The notes beneath the pieces are model-generated. The model made no database searches and was not told where the DNA came from. It saw nothing but the letters and a program-made list of their open reading frames with translations. The position numbers and the translations under genes are program-made. A stretch of DNA of 62,848 nucleotides, filler included, from Octopus bimaculoides (taxonomy: Eukaryota): assembly GCF_001194135.2 (NCBI RefSeq). It is 6 parts of 5 records of this genome, joined end to end, with 100 filler letters (N's around TTAATTAATTAA, not from the genome) between each part and the next. Parts side by side here need not be neighbours in the genome. Positions count along the whole stretch, not along the records: positions 1 to 23,906 come from NC_068990.1; positions 24,007 to 38,030 come from NC_068984.1; 4 more parts are not named here. One strand, written 5' to 3'. This document shows positions 13,040 through 24,269 of this stretch, in pieces; position 1 is the first letter of the stretch; each line of letters opens with the position of its first letter.

Positions 13040-13760
13040 CTTGTGTCATGGCATATTCATGCCATTGATGAATCATGACTTGTTCCCCCTCCATTTACTT
13101 CTGTCTCTCGCAACATCACCCAGGTCTTTCTCGCTCTGCACATTCAATCTCTTCCTCATCCAGTGAAACATCTTCATTCTCTGCCTTCCTCTCGCTCTCC
13201 CTCCCACCAGCTCAGTCTCCACCATGTAACACTCCATTCTGTCAACCTCTCTGACAAAATGACTGACAAATCTCCATTGTCTCTCTTTGATAGTATCCAT
13301 CAACTGTCTCTTCACTTTCATCTTCCTCAACACTTCCACATTCATCATCCTCTGTACCCAAGAGATTCTAAGCATTTTTCTATAAAACCACATTTCTGCA
13401 GCTTTTAGTCTCTTCTCCAAGACCTTGCTTATCGGCCAAGACTCACATCCATACGTCAGCACCAACCAGATGTAGTACTTCACTGAAGGCGGCGAGCTGG
13501 CAGAAACATTAGCACGCCGGGCGAAATGCTTAGCAGTATTTCATCTGCCGCTACGTTCTGAGTTCAAATTCCGCCGAGGTCGACTTTGCCTTTCATCCTT
13601 TCGGGGTCGATAAATTAAGTACCAGTTACGCACTGGGGTCGATGTAATCGACTTAATCCCTTTGTCTCTCCTTGTCTGTCCCCTCTATGTTTAGCCCCTT
13701 GTGGGCAATAAAGAAATAAGATGTAGTACTTCAATAGCATTTTCTTGACTTGACACCTAC
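13040..13760 (-). mobile_element. RTE-clade LINE 3' fragment interrupted by a SINE
   Basis: RKMLLKYYIWLVLTYGCESW..AAEMWFYRKMLRISW..GRARGRQR..ARDRSKWR. The frame continues on both sides of the SINE. Confidence 0.85.
13483..13718 (+). mobile_element. Intact young SINE family A with a 15-bp TSD
   Basis: TSD agatgtagtacttca at 13468-13482 and 13719-13733. A-box-like tggcagaaacattag and B-box gagttcaaattcc. Confidence 0.95.
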
Positions 13761-14089
13761 CATACAATATCATTTTAAAAATATACAATCACATCATCAA
13801 AATCTCAAAGCTACAAGACAATATAGAATAAATTCAAACAGTAAGAATAAATAAGCATTACCTGTGATAGAGTAATCTGAATATCAAAGCCTTAAATTAG
13901 AACTCACAATCTTAAAAGAAAGAACTGGATAAATACATCAGATATCATCTGAGACAGACAATGCTGGACAATGAGATCAAATGGTCAAGCCAGAACCACC
14001 TTTGGTCCAAGACAAAAAGAGGCTACACAACAAAAAAGTATATTTATAAACACATAACAAGTGACACAGGTTACTATGAGGTAAAATGT

Positions 14090-14236
14090 ATTTCTTTTAT
14101 TCATTTCAGTCATTTTGACTGTGGCCATGTTGGAGCACTGCCTTTAGGCGAACAAATTGACCCCCAGGACTTATTCTTTGTAAGCCTAGTACTTATTCTA
14201 TCAGTGTCTTTTGCCAAACTGTTAAGTTACGGGGAT
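14090..14236 (-). mobile_element. SINE family B 3' half
   Basis: ttcagtcattttgactgtggccatgttggagcactgcctttagg...gacttattctttgtaagcctagtacttattc. Confidence 0.85.
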
Positions 14237-14249
14237 GGAAGGAAAAGAC

Positions 14250-14472
14250 GGAGGAGAAGGAGAAGGAGAAGAAGACGAAGAAGAAAAAGAAGAAGAAGAA
14301 GAAGAAGAAGAAGAAGAAGAAGAAAAAGAAGAAGAAAAAGAAGAAAAAGAAGAAGAAAAAGAAGAAGAAAAAGAAGAAGAAGAAGAAGAAGAAGAAGAAG
14401 AAGAAGAAGAAGAAGAAGAAGAAGAAGAAGAAGAAGAAGAAGAAGAAGAAGAAGAAGAAGAAGAAGAAGAAG
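14250..14472 (+). repeat. Long (GAA)n trinucleotide tract
   Basis: Direct reading: about 220 bp, with a few gaaaaa interruptions in the first half. Confidence 0.98.
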
Positions 14473-15939
14473 GATGAGGAGGAAACTGCAACTACTCCCC
14501 TCGTGGTATATAAGTCTTAGAAACTCCAACAGATTATCCTGTAGCTAATTTACCATTCCCAACCATATCATTTCCATTCCAAAACTAACTTCATTTTCTC
14601 TTCTGTTTTTACAGCACCACAGAACCATATATTATGGTACCTGAATCAATAGCATCGATGAGTTTACTTCTTGTAATATGAAACAACCAACACAAAGTTT
14701 ACAATTTCAGACAGGTAGGGAGGGAATTGATGCTCACAACATCAACAATAGAACTTCAACAGAGAGAAAGAGAGAGAACGATTGTATACGTCTGTGTGTT
14801 AGTGTGTGGTGGAGGTGGGGGTGTGTGAATAAATACTAAAAAAAAACAAAACAGATAAGAATTCTGGTGAGGGGGGGGGGAGTATGTGAGTGAGAAAGAT
14901 AGGGAGAGACTTATAATTATAAAGATGAAGAAAATGATTGAAAGAGGCAAGATGAGGATGATCGAACGGAAAGGAAATAACTGATTGAAAAGAGAAGATG
15001 AAAATGAAAAAAACAAAAGCAAAACAAAACTGAGAATTCGGATCAAAAACAAGATGAAACTGAAGATGCTGAAGGAAAGGAAGAAGCAAAAGAAAGAAGA
15101 TGAGGAAGGATGAAGTTAATGAAAGAAGATGCAAAAAAAAAAAAAAAAAAAANNNNNNNNNNNNNNNNNNNNNNNNNNNNNNNNNNNNNNNNNNNNNNNN
15201 NNNNNNNNNNNNNNNNNNNNNNNNNNNNNNNNNNNNNNNNNNNNNNNNNNNNNNNNNNNNNNNNNNNNNNNNNNNNNNNNNNNNNNNNNNNNNNNNNNNN
15301 NNNNNNNNNNNNNNNNNNNNNNNNNNNNNNNNNNNNNNNNNNNNNNNNNNNNNNNNNNNNNNNNNNNNNNNNNNNNNNNNNNNNNNNNNNNNNNNNNNNN
15401 NNNNNNNNNNNNNNNNNNNNNNNNNNNNNNNNNNNNNNNNNNNNNNNNNNNNNNNNNNNNNNNNNNNNNNNNNNNNNNNNNNNNNNNNNNNNNNNNNNNN
15501 NNNNNNNNNNNNNNNNNNNNNNNNNNNNNNNNNNNNNNNNNNNNNNNNNNNNNNNNNNNNNNNNNNNNNNNNNNNNNNNNNNNNNNNNNNNNNNNNNNNN
15601 NNNNNNNNNNNNNNNNNNNNNNNNNNNNNNNNNNNNNNNNNNNNNNNNNNNNNNNNNNNNNNNNNNNNNNNNNNNNNNNNNNNNNNNNNNNNNNNNNNNN
15701 NNNNNNNNNNNNNNNNNNNNNNNNNNNNNNNNNNNNNNNNNNNNNNNNNNNNNNNNNNNNNNNNNNNNNNNNNNNNNNNNNNNNNNNNNNNNNNNNNNNN
15801 NNNNNNNNNNNNNNNNNNNNNNNNNNNNNNNNNNNNNNNNNNNNNNNNNNNNNNNNNNNNNNNNNNNNNNNNNNGGGGGGGACAAACATACAAACGCACA
15901 TATATATATATATATAAATATATATATATATACATATAT

Positions 15940-16095
15940 AGGACGGGCTTCTTTCAGTTTCCGTCGACCAAATCCACTCACAAGGCTTTGGTCAGCCTGT
16001 GGCTGTACTAGAAGAGACCTGCACAAGGTGCCACGCAGTGGGTCTGAACCTGGAACCATGCGGTTGGGAAGCAAACTTCTTACTACACACCTATG
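15940..16095 (-). mobile_element. SINE family B 5' half
   Basis: gacgggcttctttcagtttccgtcgaccaaatccactcacaagg...gaacctggaaccatg. Confidence 0.85.
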
Positions 16096-16139
16096 CTAGG
16101 GCCTTCATATAATTACCATTTAAAAACATGCAGACTGTC

Positions 16140-16174
<35 letters not shown>

Positions 16175-17129
16175 CATGACACTCTACATGAATTTACACA
16201 CACACACACACATATATATATACATATATACAGACACACACAAGTTTAAAAAAAAGTCAAGCATCATCGACATTTAGAATGTTAGAATGTGTTGGGATAA
16301 ACCAGCGATAAAAGGCGTCGCTATTAATGGTGACAACATAAAGAACAAACAGACCGAAACTACTTCCCTGGCAAAACACGTGATTTTTTTTTTCTTAAAA
16401 GATTATTATTAATTGGATCTAATCAATTTACGGCAAAATATAAGTAAATATTTTTTCTTTTTCTTGAAGTAAAGATTATCCTGAGGAGTCAGTGGTTGTG
16501 TGTATGTGTATATATATATATATATACACACACATACAAATATATACATACATATATGTATATACATTTATATACACATACATATATATCGACTGTAAAT
16601 ATGGAATATTATATTTGCAATTAGTAAATAATGATATATATTGATGTTATATATACATATATACATACATATACACACATATCACAAAGCCTTTCATGTC
16701 TTTGAACATCAACCGACTAAAACTAAAACCCAACACTGGGCCTAGGGACATATCATGCATGTCATTAAGGGAAATTTACAAGGAATGCATTAAAAAAAAG
16801 GGAAAACAGAAAAAAAAGTTAAAAAATAAATTCTTCTTGAAGATAGCAACGACTTCCTTCCTTCCTTACCTATCCATCTACGGTAAAAAACACATGTCTT
16901 TCAATCTGTTTAATCCCTGGAACTCTCAAAAATTGGTAAAAATCGGAAATTACTAATAGATTCATACATATCACAGTATGGTATAAGCATGGTTTTTACT
17001 GAATTATGATTTGTTTCTCAGCCCCAGATTAACCCCCTGACAAAGCTGAACTCTGATCAAATGCAATTCAACCATAGCCATCCCACCTGTACCCTAGATA
17101 CATATCCAGAACTACATCATTCAATCACT

Positions 17130-17600
17130 TATCTTCTTTTATCTTTCACTTATTTCAATCATTGGACTACAGTCAATTCCACTGAGCCTAATATTTTACT
17201 GGTATTTTATCATGCTCAAAAAGATAAGAGGCAAAGTTGACTCCAGTGGGGTTTGAATCCAAAATATAAAACCCCGAAGAGATGAAGATGGCTTCTACTT
17301 TAAGCACAAGGGTAACAATTGGGAGGGGAGAGGAGGTGGGGTTAGTCAATATTATTGGCCCCAGAATTTGACTTGCACTTTATAATAATAATGCTTTCTA
17401 CTGTAGGCACAAGGCCTGAAATTTGGGGGAGGGTTATGGTCGATTACATTGACCCAAGTGTTTCACTGGTATTTAATTTATCAACCCTGAAAGGATGAAA
17501 AGCAAAGCTGACCTCGGCGGAAATTGAACTCAGAATGTAAGGACAGATAAAATGTCACTAATACCTCTGCCATTTCACGACCTTAACATTGCTGAGACCC
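17130..17600 (-). mobile_element. Cluster of diverged SINE family A pieces
   Basis: Repeated ggcacaaggcctgaaatttggggg...aaagttgac/ctgacctcggcggaaattgaactcagaatgt. Confidence 0.75.
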
Positions 17601-17906
17601 CCTTCGGCCTACAAAGTTACTCTCCGAGGCACACGTCCGAGCAAGGTTGTTTATGGAAGACCAGCAGTCATCCATGCATGCCAGTCTTCCCTCTCCATGC
17701 CACTGATGTTATCCAACGGAAAGGCAAAGGCTGATACAGCTTGGCACCTGTGACATCGCAACTCATTTCTACAGATGAGTGAACGGGAACAACATGAAAT
17801 AAAGTGTCTTGCTCAAGAACACAACACTCAGCCCAGTCCAGGATTCAAACTCACAACCTCACGATCATAAGCTCAACGCTCTAACCACTGAGCCATGCAC
17901 CTTCAC
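17600..17906 (-). mobile_element. tRNA-headed CORE-like SINE (family D, OR2-like)
   Basis: Reverse strand reads gtgaaggtgcatggctcagtggttagagcg...gtttgaatcc...gttcttgagcaagacactttatttcatg. Octopus OR2 is an established CORE-SINE; the exact family name is unverified. Confidence 0.8.
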
Positions 17907-18379
17907 TTAACACTAATAGTATTAATTTTAAATTTTGCCACATGGCCACCAAATTTTGGACACAAACACACACAAATGCACAGAAAAGAGAAAGAAATGC
18001 TCACAGAACTAAATATATGACAAAAAGTACAAGTGATCAGTACATCTTCAGACTACTTAGCCAATATTATTTTTAATTTTGTTTTTCCTTTATAGAAAAG
18101 ACTGAGGAACAAACAAGAACAAACACTTTTCTGAGGGTTGGTAAAAGCTTCAACAGCAAAACCTTGCAAAAGAATGTTCCTTCAACTCGACCAGAACAAA
18201 AAAAAAAAAAAAAAANNNNNNNNNNNNNNNNNNNNNNNNNNNNNNNNNNNNNNNNNNNNNNNNNNNNNNNNNNNNNNNNNNNNNNNNNNNNNNNNNNNNN
18301 NNNNNNNNNNNNNNNNNNNNNNNNNNNNNNNNNNNNNNNNNNNNNNNNTCAGAAAATACATCATTATTGTTATTATTAT

Positions 18380-18429
<50 letters not shown>

Positions 18430-19160
18430 GCTGTTATTTATAAAGATGGTTTTGTTGTTAAAAGTCAAGTTTGGTGAAACACTGTCACAAGTGGACAACA
18501 ACAATGTCTATCAACCACTAAGGGTTTACTAAAAAATAATACTAAAAAATACTAAAACTAAATAAATAAAACAATGATAATAATCTTTACAATACTGAAT
18601 GAAACAAACAAATCAGACAATGAAAAACAAAATCACAAAGACACATACATATACAAACGAATAAAAAAAAAAGAGAAAAGAGGATGATAAAGAGAAAGGC
18701 TTTTGAAAAATTAAACACTAAAGTGGTCTATGTACCCTAGAATACTGAAAGGTTAGAAAAAGGAAAACTTTAAAAAAAAATAATGGATGATGATGATAAT
18801 AATAATAATATAAATAATAACAATTACAATAAAATCTATCTTAAAAGAGATCAGTTCAGCTGAATGAAATATAAATATATATTTAAGAGGAAATACAAAA
18901 AAAAAAAAAAAGCAAGTTTGAATGTTATTTGGAAAGGAAGTCTAAGTGGTAATATGTTTTTCAGGCTTCAAAATATGAAAAGTGGTTAGGATCTTAAAAA
19001 GAACTTCTTTTTTTAAATTGGTAATAGATAGACAAAGTGAAATCATAGTCATGGCTTGTTATTATCAGAGTCGTGTAACTTTCAGCAGTGTTGAATTTAC
19101 AATGTAATTATTCTTTTTCATTCCAGGTGCCATTATATTAAACATTTGCGAAGAGTAACC

Positions 19161-19315
19161 ATGCCACGTACAAAAAATTCAGCAGAACTGTCAGATTTTC
19201 AAAGAGGTCGTATTGTTGGGCAATCTGGGGCTGGTCTTAGCCAGCGAAAAATTGCCGAAAATCTTCAAATTCCTCTTGCTACTGTTAATAGAATCATAGT
19301 GCAATTCAAAAGCCA
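19161..19315 (+). mobile_element. Tc1-like transposase N-terminal HTH fragment
   Basis: [50 protein letters not shown] matches the LSDFERGRIVG..S.R.IA pattern. It ends at a SINE head. Confidence 0.8.
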
Positions 19316-19387
19316 AGGTCCAGGATTCGAACTCACAACCTCATGGTTGTAAGTTCGATGCTCTAACCACTGAGCCATGCACCTTCA
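19316..19387 (-). mobile_element. Isolated tRNA-like head of SINE family D
   Basis: Reverse strand tgaaggtgcatggctcagtggttagagcatcgaac...gagttcgaatcctgg, matching the head of the 17600-17906 copy. Confidence 0.8.
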
Positions 19388-19433
19388 TATGTATATATAT
19401 ATATATATATACACACACACAAACACGCATATG

Positions 19434-19477
<44 letters not shown>

Positions 19478-19814
19478 NNNNNNNNNNNNNNNNNNNNNNN
19501 NNNNNNNNNNNNNNNNNNNNNNNNNNNNNNNNNNNNNNNNNNNNNNNNNNNNNNNNNNNNNNNNNNNNNNNNNNNNNNNNNNNNNNNNNNNNNNNNNNNN
19601 NNNNNNNNNNNNNNNNNNNNNNNNNNNNNNNNNNNNNNNNNNNNNNNNNNNNNNNNNNNNNNNNNNNNNNNNNNNNNNNNNNNNNNNNNNNNNNNNNNNN
19701 NNNNNNNNNNNNNNNNNNNNNNNNNNNNNNNNNNNNNNNNNNNNNNNNNNNNNNNNNNNNNNNNNNNNNNNNNNNNNNNNNNNNNNNNNNNNNNNNNNNN
19801 NNNNNNNNNNNNNN

Positions 19815-20550
19815 CACCACCACCACTACCACCACTCCTACCATGAATATCCTTGTCATCATCATCATCACCATGACCCCCACTACTAACAATCACAACA
19901 CTATCAGCCATCACCGCCACTGCCACTAGCAACGCTACCACTACCACCACAGTACTACCACCGCCACTACAAATAGCTGTGCTGTCATTAGCACCAAAAA
20001 CAACACTGCTATCACAACCGCCAACCCCTCACCTGCTATTACAAATAACTTAGACACCATCACCATGACCACCAGGACCACCACCACCACAGACATTGCT
20101 GTGACCATCACCATCAATAAGAACACTATTATCACCAAAACAGCATTACCACCACCACCACCACCACCACCACCACCACCAACACTGTTGTTACTACCAG
20201 TACCAATAACACTACCGCCAGCACCACCACCGATACTACCACCATCACTATCACCAATATCATTAACAGCACCACCTCCCAATAACACTACCACCTAAAC
20301 TTGTTTATGTCTCCATCACCACGGCAGTCATTATCACCAGCATCATCCACATCATCACTCTTCACCCAGCTACTTTGTACACTCAGCAACAAGCAACACC
20401 AGCAGTACTAAATACTGCAATATACTATAGGCATCACTGCCACCACCATCATCACCAGAACAATGGTATCACTAAACCACGAGGAAATGATGAGGGTCAC
20501 ATCACCAACCATAATGTTATTAGTAGTGATGCTGCCACCACCACCATGAA
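19815..20550. repeat. Degenerate (CAC/CAT/ACT)n trinucleotide region
   Basis: Direct reading; gives poly-T/P/H pseudo-ORFs. Confidence 0.9.
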
Positions 20551-20589
20551 TCTGTGTTGGTAATAACGGGATAATGTAAGAAACAAGAG

Positions 20590-20688
20590 AGAGAGAGAGA
20601 GAGAAACAGGGAGTGAAGGTAGAAGGATGGATAGATAAGTATTTAGGTAGATAGATTGATAGATATAGACAGAGAGACAGATAGATAG

Positions 20689-20733
<45 letters not shown>

Positions 20734-20777
20734 TAGACAGAGAGACAGATAAATGATAGATAGAGAGATAGACAGAG

Positions 20778-20808
<31 letters not shown>

Positions 20809-20912
20809 GATAGATAGATAGAGAGATAGACAGAGAGATAGACAGAGAGATAGATAGACAGAGAGATAGAGAGATAGATAGATATAGACAGAGAGACAGA
20901 TAAACGATAGAC
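20590..20912. repeat. (GATA)n/(GACA)n/(GA)n compound microsatellite
   Basis: Direct reading. Confidence 0.95.
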
Positions 20913-21831
20913 NNNNNNNNNNNNNNNNNNNNNNNNNNNNNNNNNNNNNNNNNNNNNNNNNNNNNNNNNNNNNNNNNNNNNNNNNNNNNNNNNNNNNNNN
21001 NNNNNNNNNNNNNNNNNNNNNNNNNNNNNNNNNNNNNNNNNNNNNNNNNNNNNNNNNNNNNNNNNNNNNNNNNNNNNNNNNNNNNNNNNNNNNNNNNNNN
21101 NNNNNNNNNNNNNNNNNNNNNNNNNNNNNNNNNNNNNNNNNNNNNNNNNNNNNNNNNNNNNNNNNNNNNNNNNNNNNNNNNNNNNNNNNNNNNNNNNNNN
21201 NNNNNNNNNNNNNNNNNNNNNNNNNNNNNNNNNNNNNNNNNNNNNNNNNNNNNNNNNNNNNNNNNNNNNNNNNNNNNNNNNNNNNNNNNNNNNNNNNNNN
21301 NNNNNNNNNNNNNNNNNNNNNNNNNNNNNNNNNNNNNNNNNNNNNNNNNNNNNNNNNNNNNNNNNNNNNNNNNNNNNNNNNNNNNNNNNNNNNNNNNNNN
21401 NNNNNNNNNNNNNNNNNNNNNNNNNNNNNNNNNNNNNNNNNNNNNNNNNNNNNNNNNNNNNNNNNNNNNNNNNNNNNNNNNNNNNNNNNNNNNNNNNNNN
21501 NNNNNNNNNNNNNNNNNNNNNNNNNNNNNNNNNNNNNNNNNNNNNNNNNNNNNNNNNNNNNNNNNNNNNNNNNNNNNNNNNNNNNNNNNNNNNNNNNNNN
21601 NNNNNNNNNNNNNNNNNNNNNNNNNNNNNNNNNNNNNNNNNNNNNNNNNNNNNNNNNNNNNNNNNNNNNNNNNNNNNNNNNNNNNNNNNNNNNNNNNNNN
21701 NNNNNNNNNNNNNNNNNNNNNNNNNNNNNNNNNNNNNNNNNNNNNNNNNNNNNNNNNNNNNNNNNNNNNNNNNNNNNNNNNNNNNNNNNNNNNNNNNNNN
21801 NNNNNNNNNNNNNNNNNNNNNNNNNNNNNNN

Positions 21832-21897
<66 letters not shown>

Positions 21898-23143
21898 TAT
21901 ACATGCATGCATACACACACATATATACATACATGGTTATACATAAACATACAAGTGCAAACACACACACTGCAACAAATATATATGCATTACAGATGAG
22001 CACTAATGCCTCGCCAAATACACAGATTGATCAGTCAGTCATATATTTACATATAATATACATATTTATATCTATGTAAACACCCTCCCCACTCCAACAC
22101 TGGCAGCGACTAAATTTATTGGAATTTCCAATAAGAATTAGACGGCTCCTATGGTCATGAAAACCAAATTAGCTGCTGTCATTAACTGCAACAAGCATAA
22201 TTTATTAAGCAGTCACAAAAAAAAAAAAAAAAAAAAAAAAAAAANNNNNNNNNNNNNNNNNNNNNNNNNNNNNNNNNNNNNNNNNNNNNNNNNNNNNNNN
22301 NNNNNNNNNNNNNNNNNNNNNNNNNNNNNNNNNNNNNNNNNNNNNNNNNNNNNNNNNNNNNNNNNNNNNNNNNNNNNNNNNNNNNNNNNNNNNNNNNNNN
22401 NNNNNNNNNNNNNNNNNNNNNNNNNNNNNNNNNNNNNNNNNNNNNNNNNNNNNNNNNNNNNNNNNNNNNNNNNNNNNNNNNNNNNNNNNNNNNNNNNNNN
22501 NNNNNNNNNNNNNNNNNNNNNNNNNNNNNNNNNNNNNNNNNNNNNNNNNNNNNNNNNNNNNNNNNNNNNNNNNNNNNNNNNNNNNNNNNNNNNNNNNNNN
22601 NNNNNNNNNNNNNNNNNNNNNNNNNNNNNNNNNNNNNNNNNNNNNNNNNNNNNNNNNNNNNNNNNNNNNNNNNNNNNNNNNNNNNNNNNNNNNNNNNNNN
22701 NNNNNNNNNNNNNNNNNNNNNNNNNNNNNNNNNNNNNNNNNNNNNNNNNNNNNNNNNNNNNNNNNNNNNNNNNNNNNNNNNNNNNNNNNNNNNNNNNNNN
22801 NNNNNNNNNNNNNNNNNNNNNNNNNNNNNNNNNNNNNNNNNNNNNNNNNNNNNNNNNNNNNNNNNNNNNNNNNNNNNNNNNNNNNNNNNNNNNNNNNNNN
22901 NNNNNNNNNNNNNNNNNNNNNNNNNNNNNNNNNNNNNNNNNNNNNNNNNNNNNNNNNNNNNNNNNNNNNNNNNNNNNNNNNNNNNNNNNNNNNNNNNNNN
23001 NNNNNNNNNNNNNNNNNNNNNNNNNNNNNNNNNNNNNNNNNNNNNNNNNNNNNNNNNNNNNNNNNNNNNNNNNNNNNNNNNNNNNNNNNNNNNNNNNNNN
23101 NNNNNNNNNNNNNNNNNNNNNNNNNNNNNNNNNNNNNNNNNNN

Positions 23144-23900
23144 CCCCCCCCCCAGTGGCACTTGAACTCAGAACGTAAAGACAGATGAACTGTCATGCCT
23201 TTCTACTATAGGCACATGAACTGAAATTTTGGGGGAGAAGGGAGAAGACTAGTAGCTTACATCAACCCCTGGGCTCAATTGGTATTTATTTCTAGTAGCT
23301 TAAGGTCAACCCCTGGGCTCAATTAGCATTTATTTCTAGTAGCTTACATCAACTCTTGGGCTCAATTGGTATTTATTTGATGGAAGCAAAGTTGACCTCA
23401 GCAGAATTTGAACTCAGAATGTGGGGCCTAGGACTCTGCCAACTCATGGCCTTTAATGATTTCCTGTTTTGGCACAAGGCCACCAATTTTGAGGACCGGA
23501 GCTGATTACATCAACTGCAGTGCTCACGTGCTGCTTATTTTATTAAGTCCAAAAGGCAAAGTTGATCTTCGCGGAATTTGATCTCAGAATGTAAAGAGAC
23601 AAGAAAAACGCCACTGAGCATTCTGTCTGATGCACTAACAATTGCACCAGCACACTACAATAATCTTTCACACTATAGGCACAAGGCCTGAAATTTTGGG
23701 GGAGAGGAGCCAAGTCGATTACATCAACCCCAGTGCATGACTGATACTTATTTTCATCGACCCTATGAGAACTCAGAATGAAAAGACAGACGAAATGTCA
23801 CAAATCGTTTTGCCCGATGCACTAACGATTCTCACAGCTTACTGCCTTAAGCAAAAAAAAAATTGGAAAATAATAATCCTTTCTACTATAGGCACAAGGA
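23144..23900 (-). mobile_element. Head-to-tail cluster of 3-4 SINE family A copies, one with a 3x ~43-bp internal tandem repeat
   Basis: Recurrent ctataggcacaaggcctgaaattttggggg. The unit ctagtagcttacatcaacccctgggctcaattggtatttattt starts at 23249, 23292 and 23336. Confidence 0.8.
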
Positions 23901-23950
23901 GAGAAANNNNNNNNNNNNNNNNNNNNNNNNNNNNNNNNNNNNNNNNNNNN

Positions 23951-23962
23951 TTAATTAATTAA
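23951..23962. other. Assembly spacer TTAATTAATTAA inside an N-gap (also 38075, 47264, 56705, 60369)
   Basis: The same 12-mer (stops in all six frames) is centred in five N-runs, marking scaffold joins. Confidence 0.9.
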
Positions 23963-24006
23963 NNNNNNNNNNNNNNNNNNNNNNNNNNNNNNNNNNNNNN
24001 NNNNNN

Positions 24007-24262
24007 AATTCTTATAAAGTATTTTTCTTTTGCCTTTCGTAGTTGAACATTTTCATCGTAAAATGGGAATATTTTAAATTTTTCATTTACACAGATATTT
24101 TGAAGTTCACCGCATGGGACATTCCTATGAGACGAATGCCTAATTTGTTGTTTATACACATTTACACGGCTATTCAGTTTCCTTCCTGTCTCCCCAATGT
24201 AGTTTCCATTGTATTGTGGGCACGTCGGTTTTCAAAAATAATATATGTAAAAATAAAAATCA
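24007..24262 (-). mobile_element. Penelope-like element GIY-YIG endonuclease fragment
   Basis: CPQYNGNYIGETGRKLNSRVNVYKQQIRH..VPCGELQNIC..FKIFPFYDENVQLRKAKEKYFIRI. Confidence 0.8.
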
Positions 24263-24269
24263 AGTTAAG

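Noticed and set aside
13863-13911. Minus-strand segment with good acceptor and donor (similar cases at 16871-16917 and 58989-58999)
   Set aside because: Stops in all frames or micro-exon length; the expected chance rate is high in AT-rich DNA.
14235-14477. Poly-Glu/Arg/Ser/Leu ORFs
   Set aside because: They are a pure GAA microsatellite with no splice context.
14615-14713. Strong plus-strand acceptor ttttctcttctgtttttacag
   Set aside because: All three frames close before the best donor.
23951-23962. Recurrent palindromic TTAATTAATTAA
   Set aside because: It is always embedded in N-runs, so it is an assembly spacer rather than biology.
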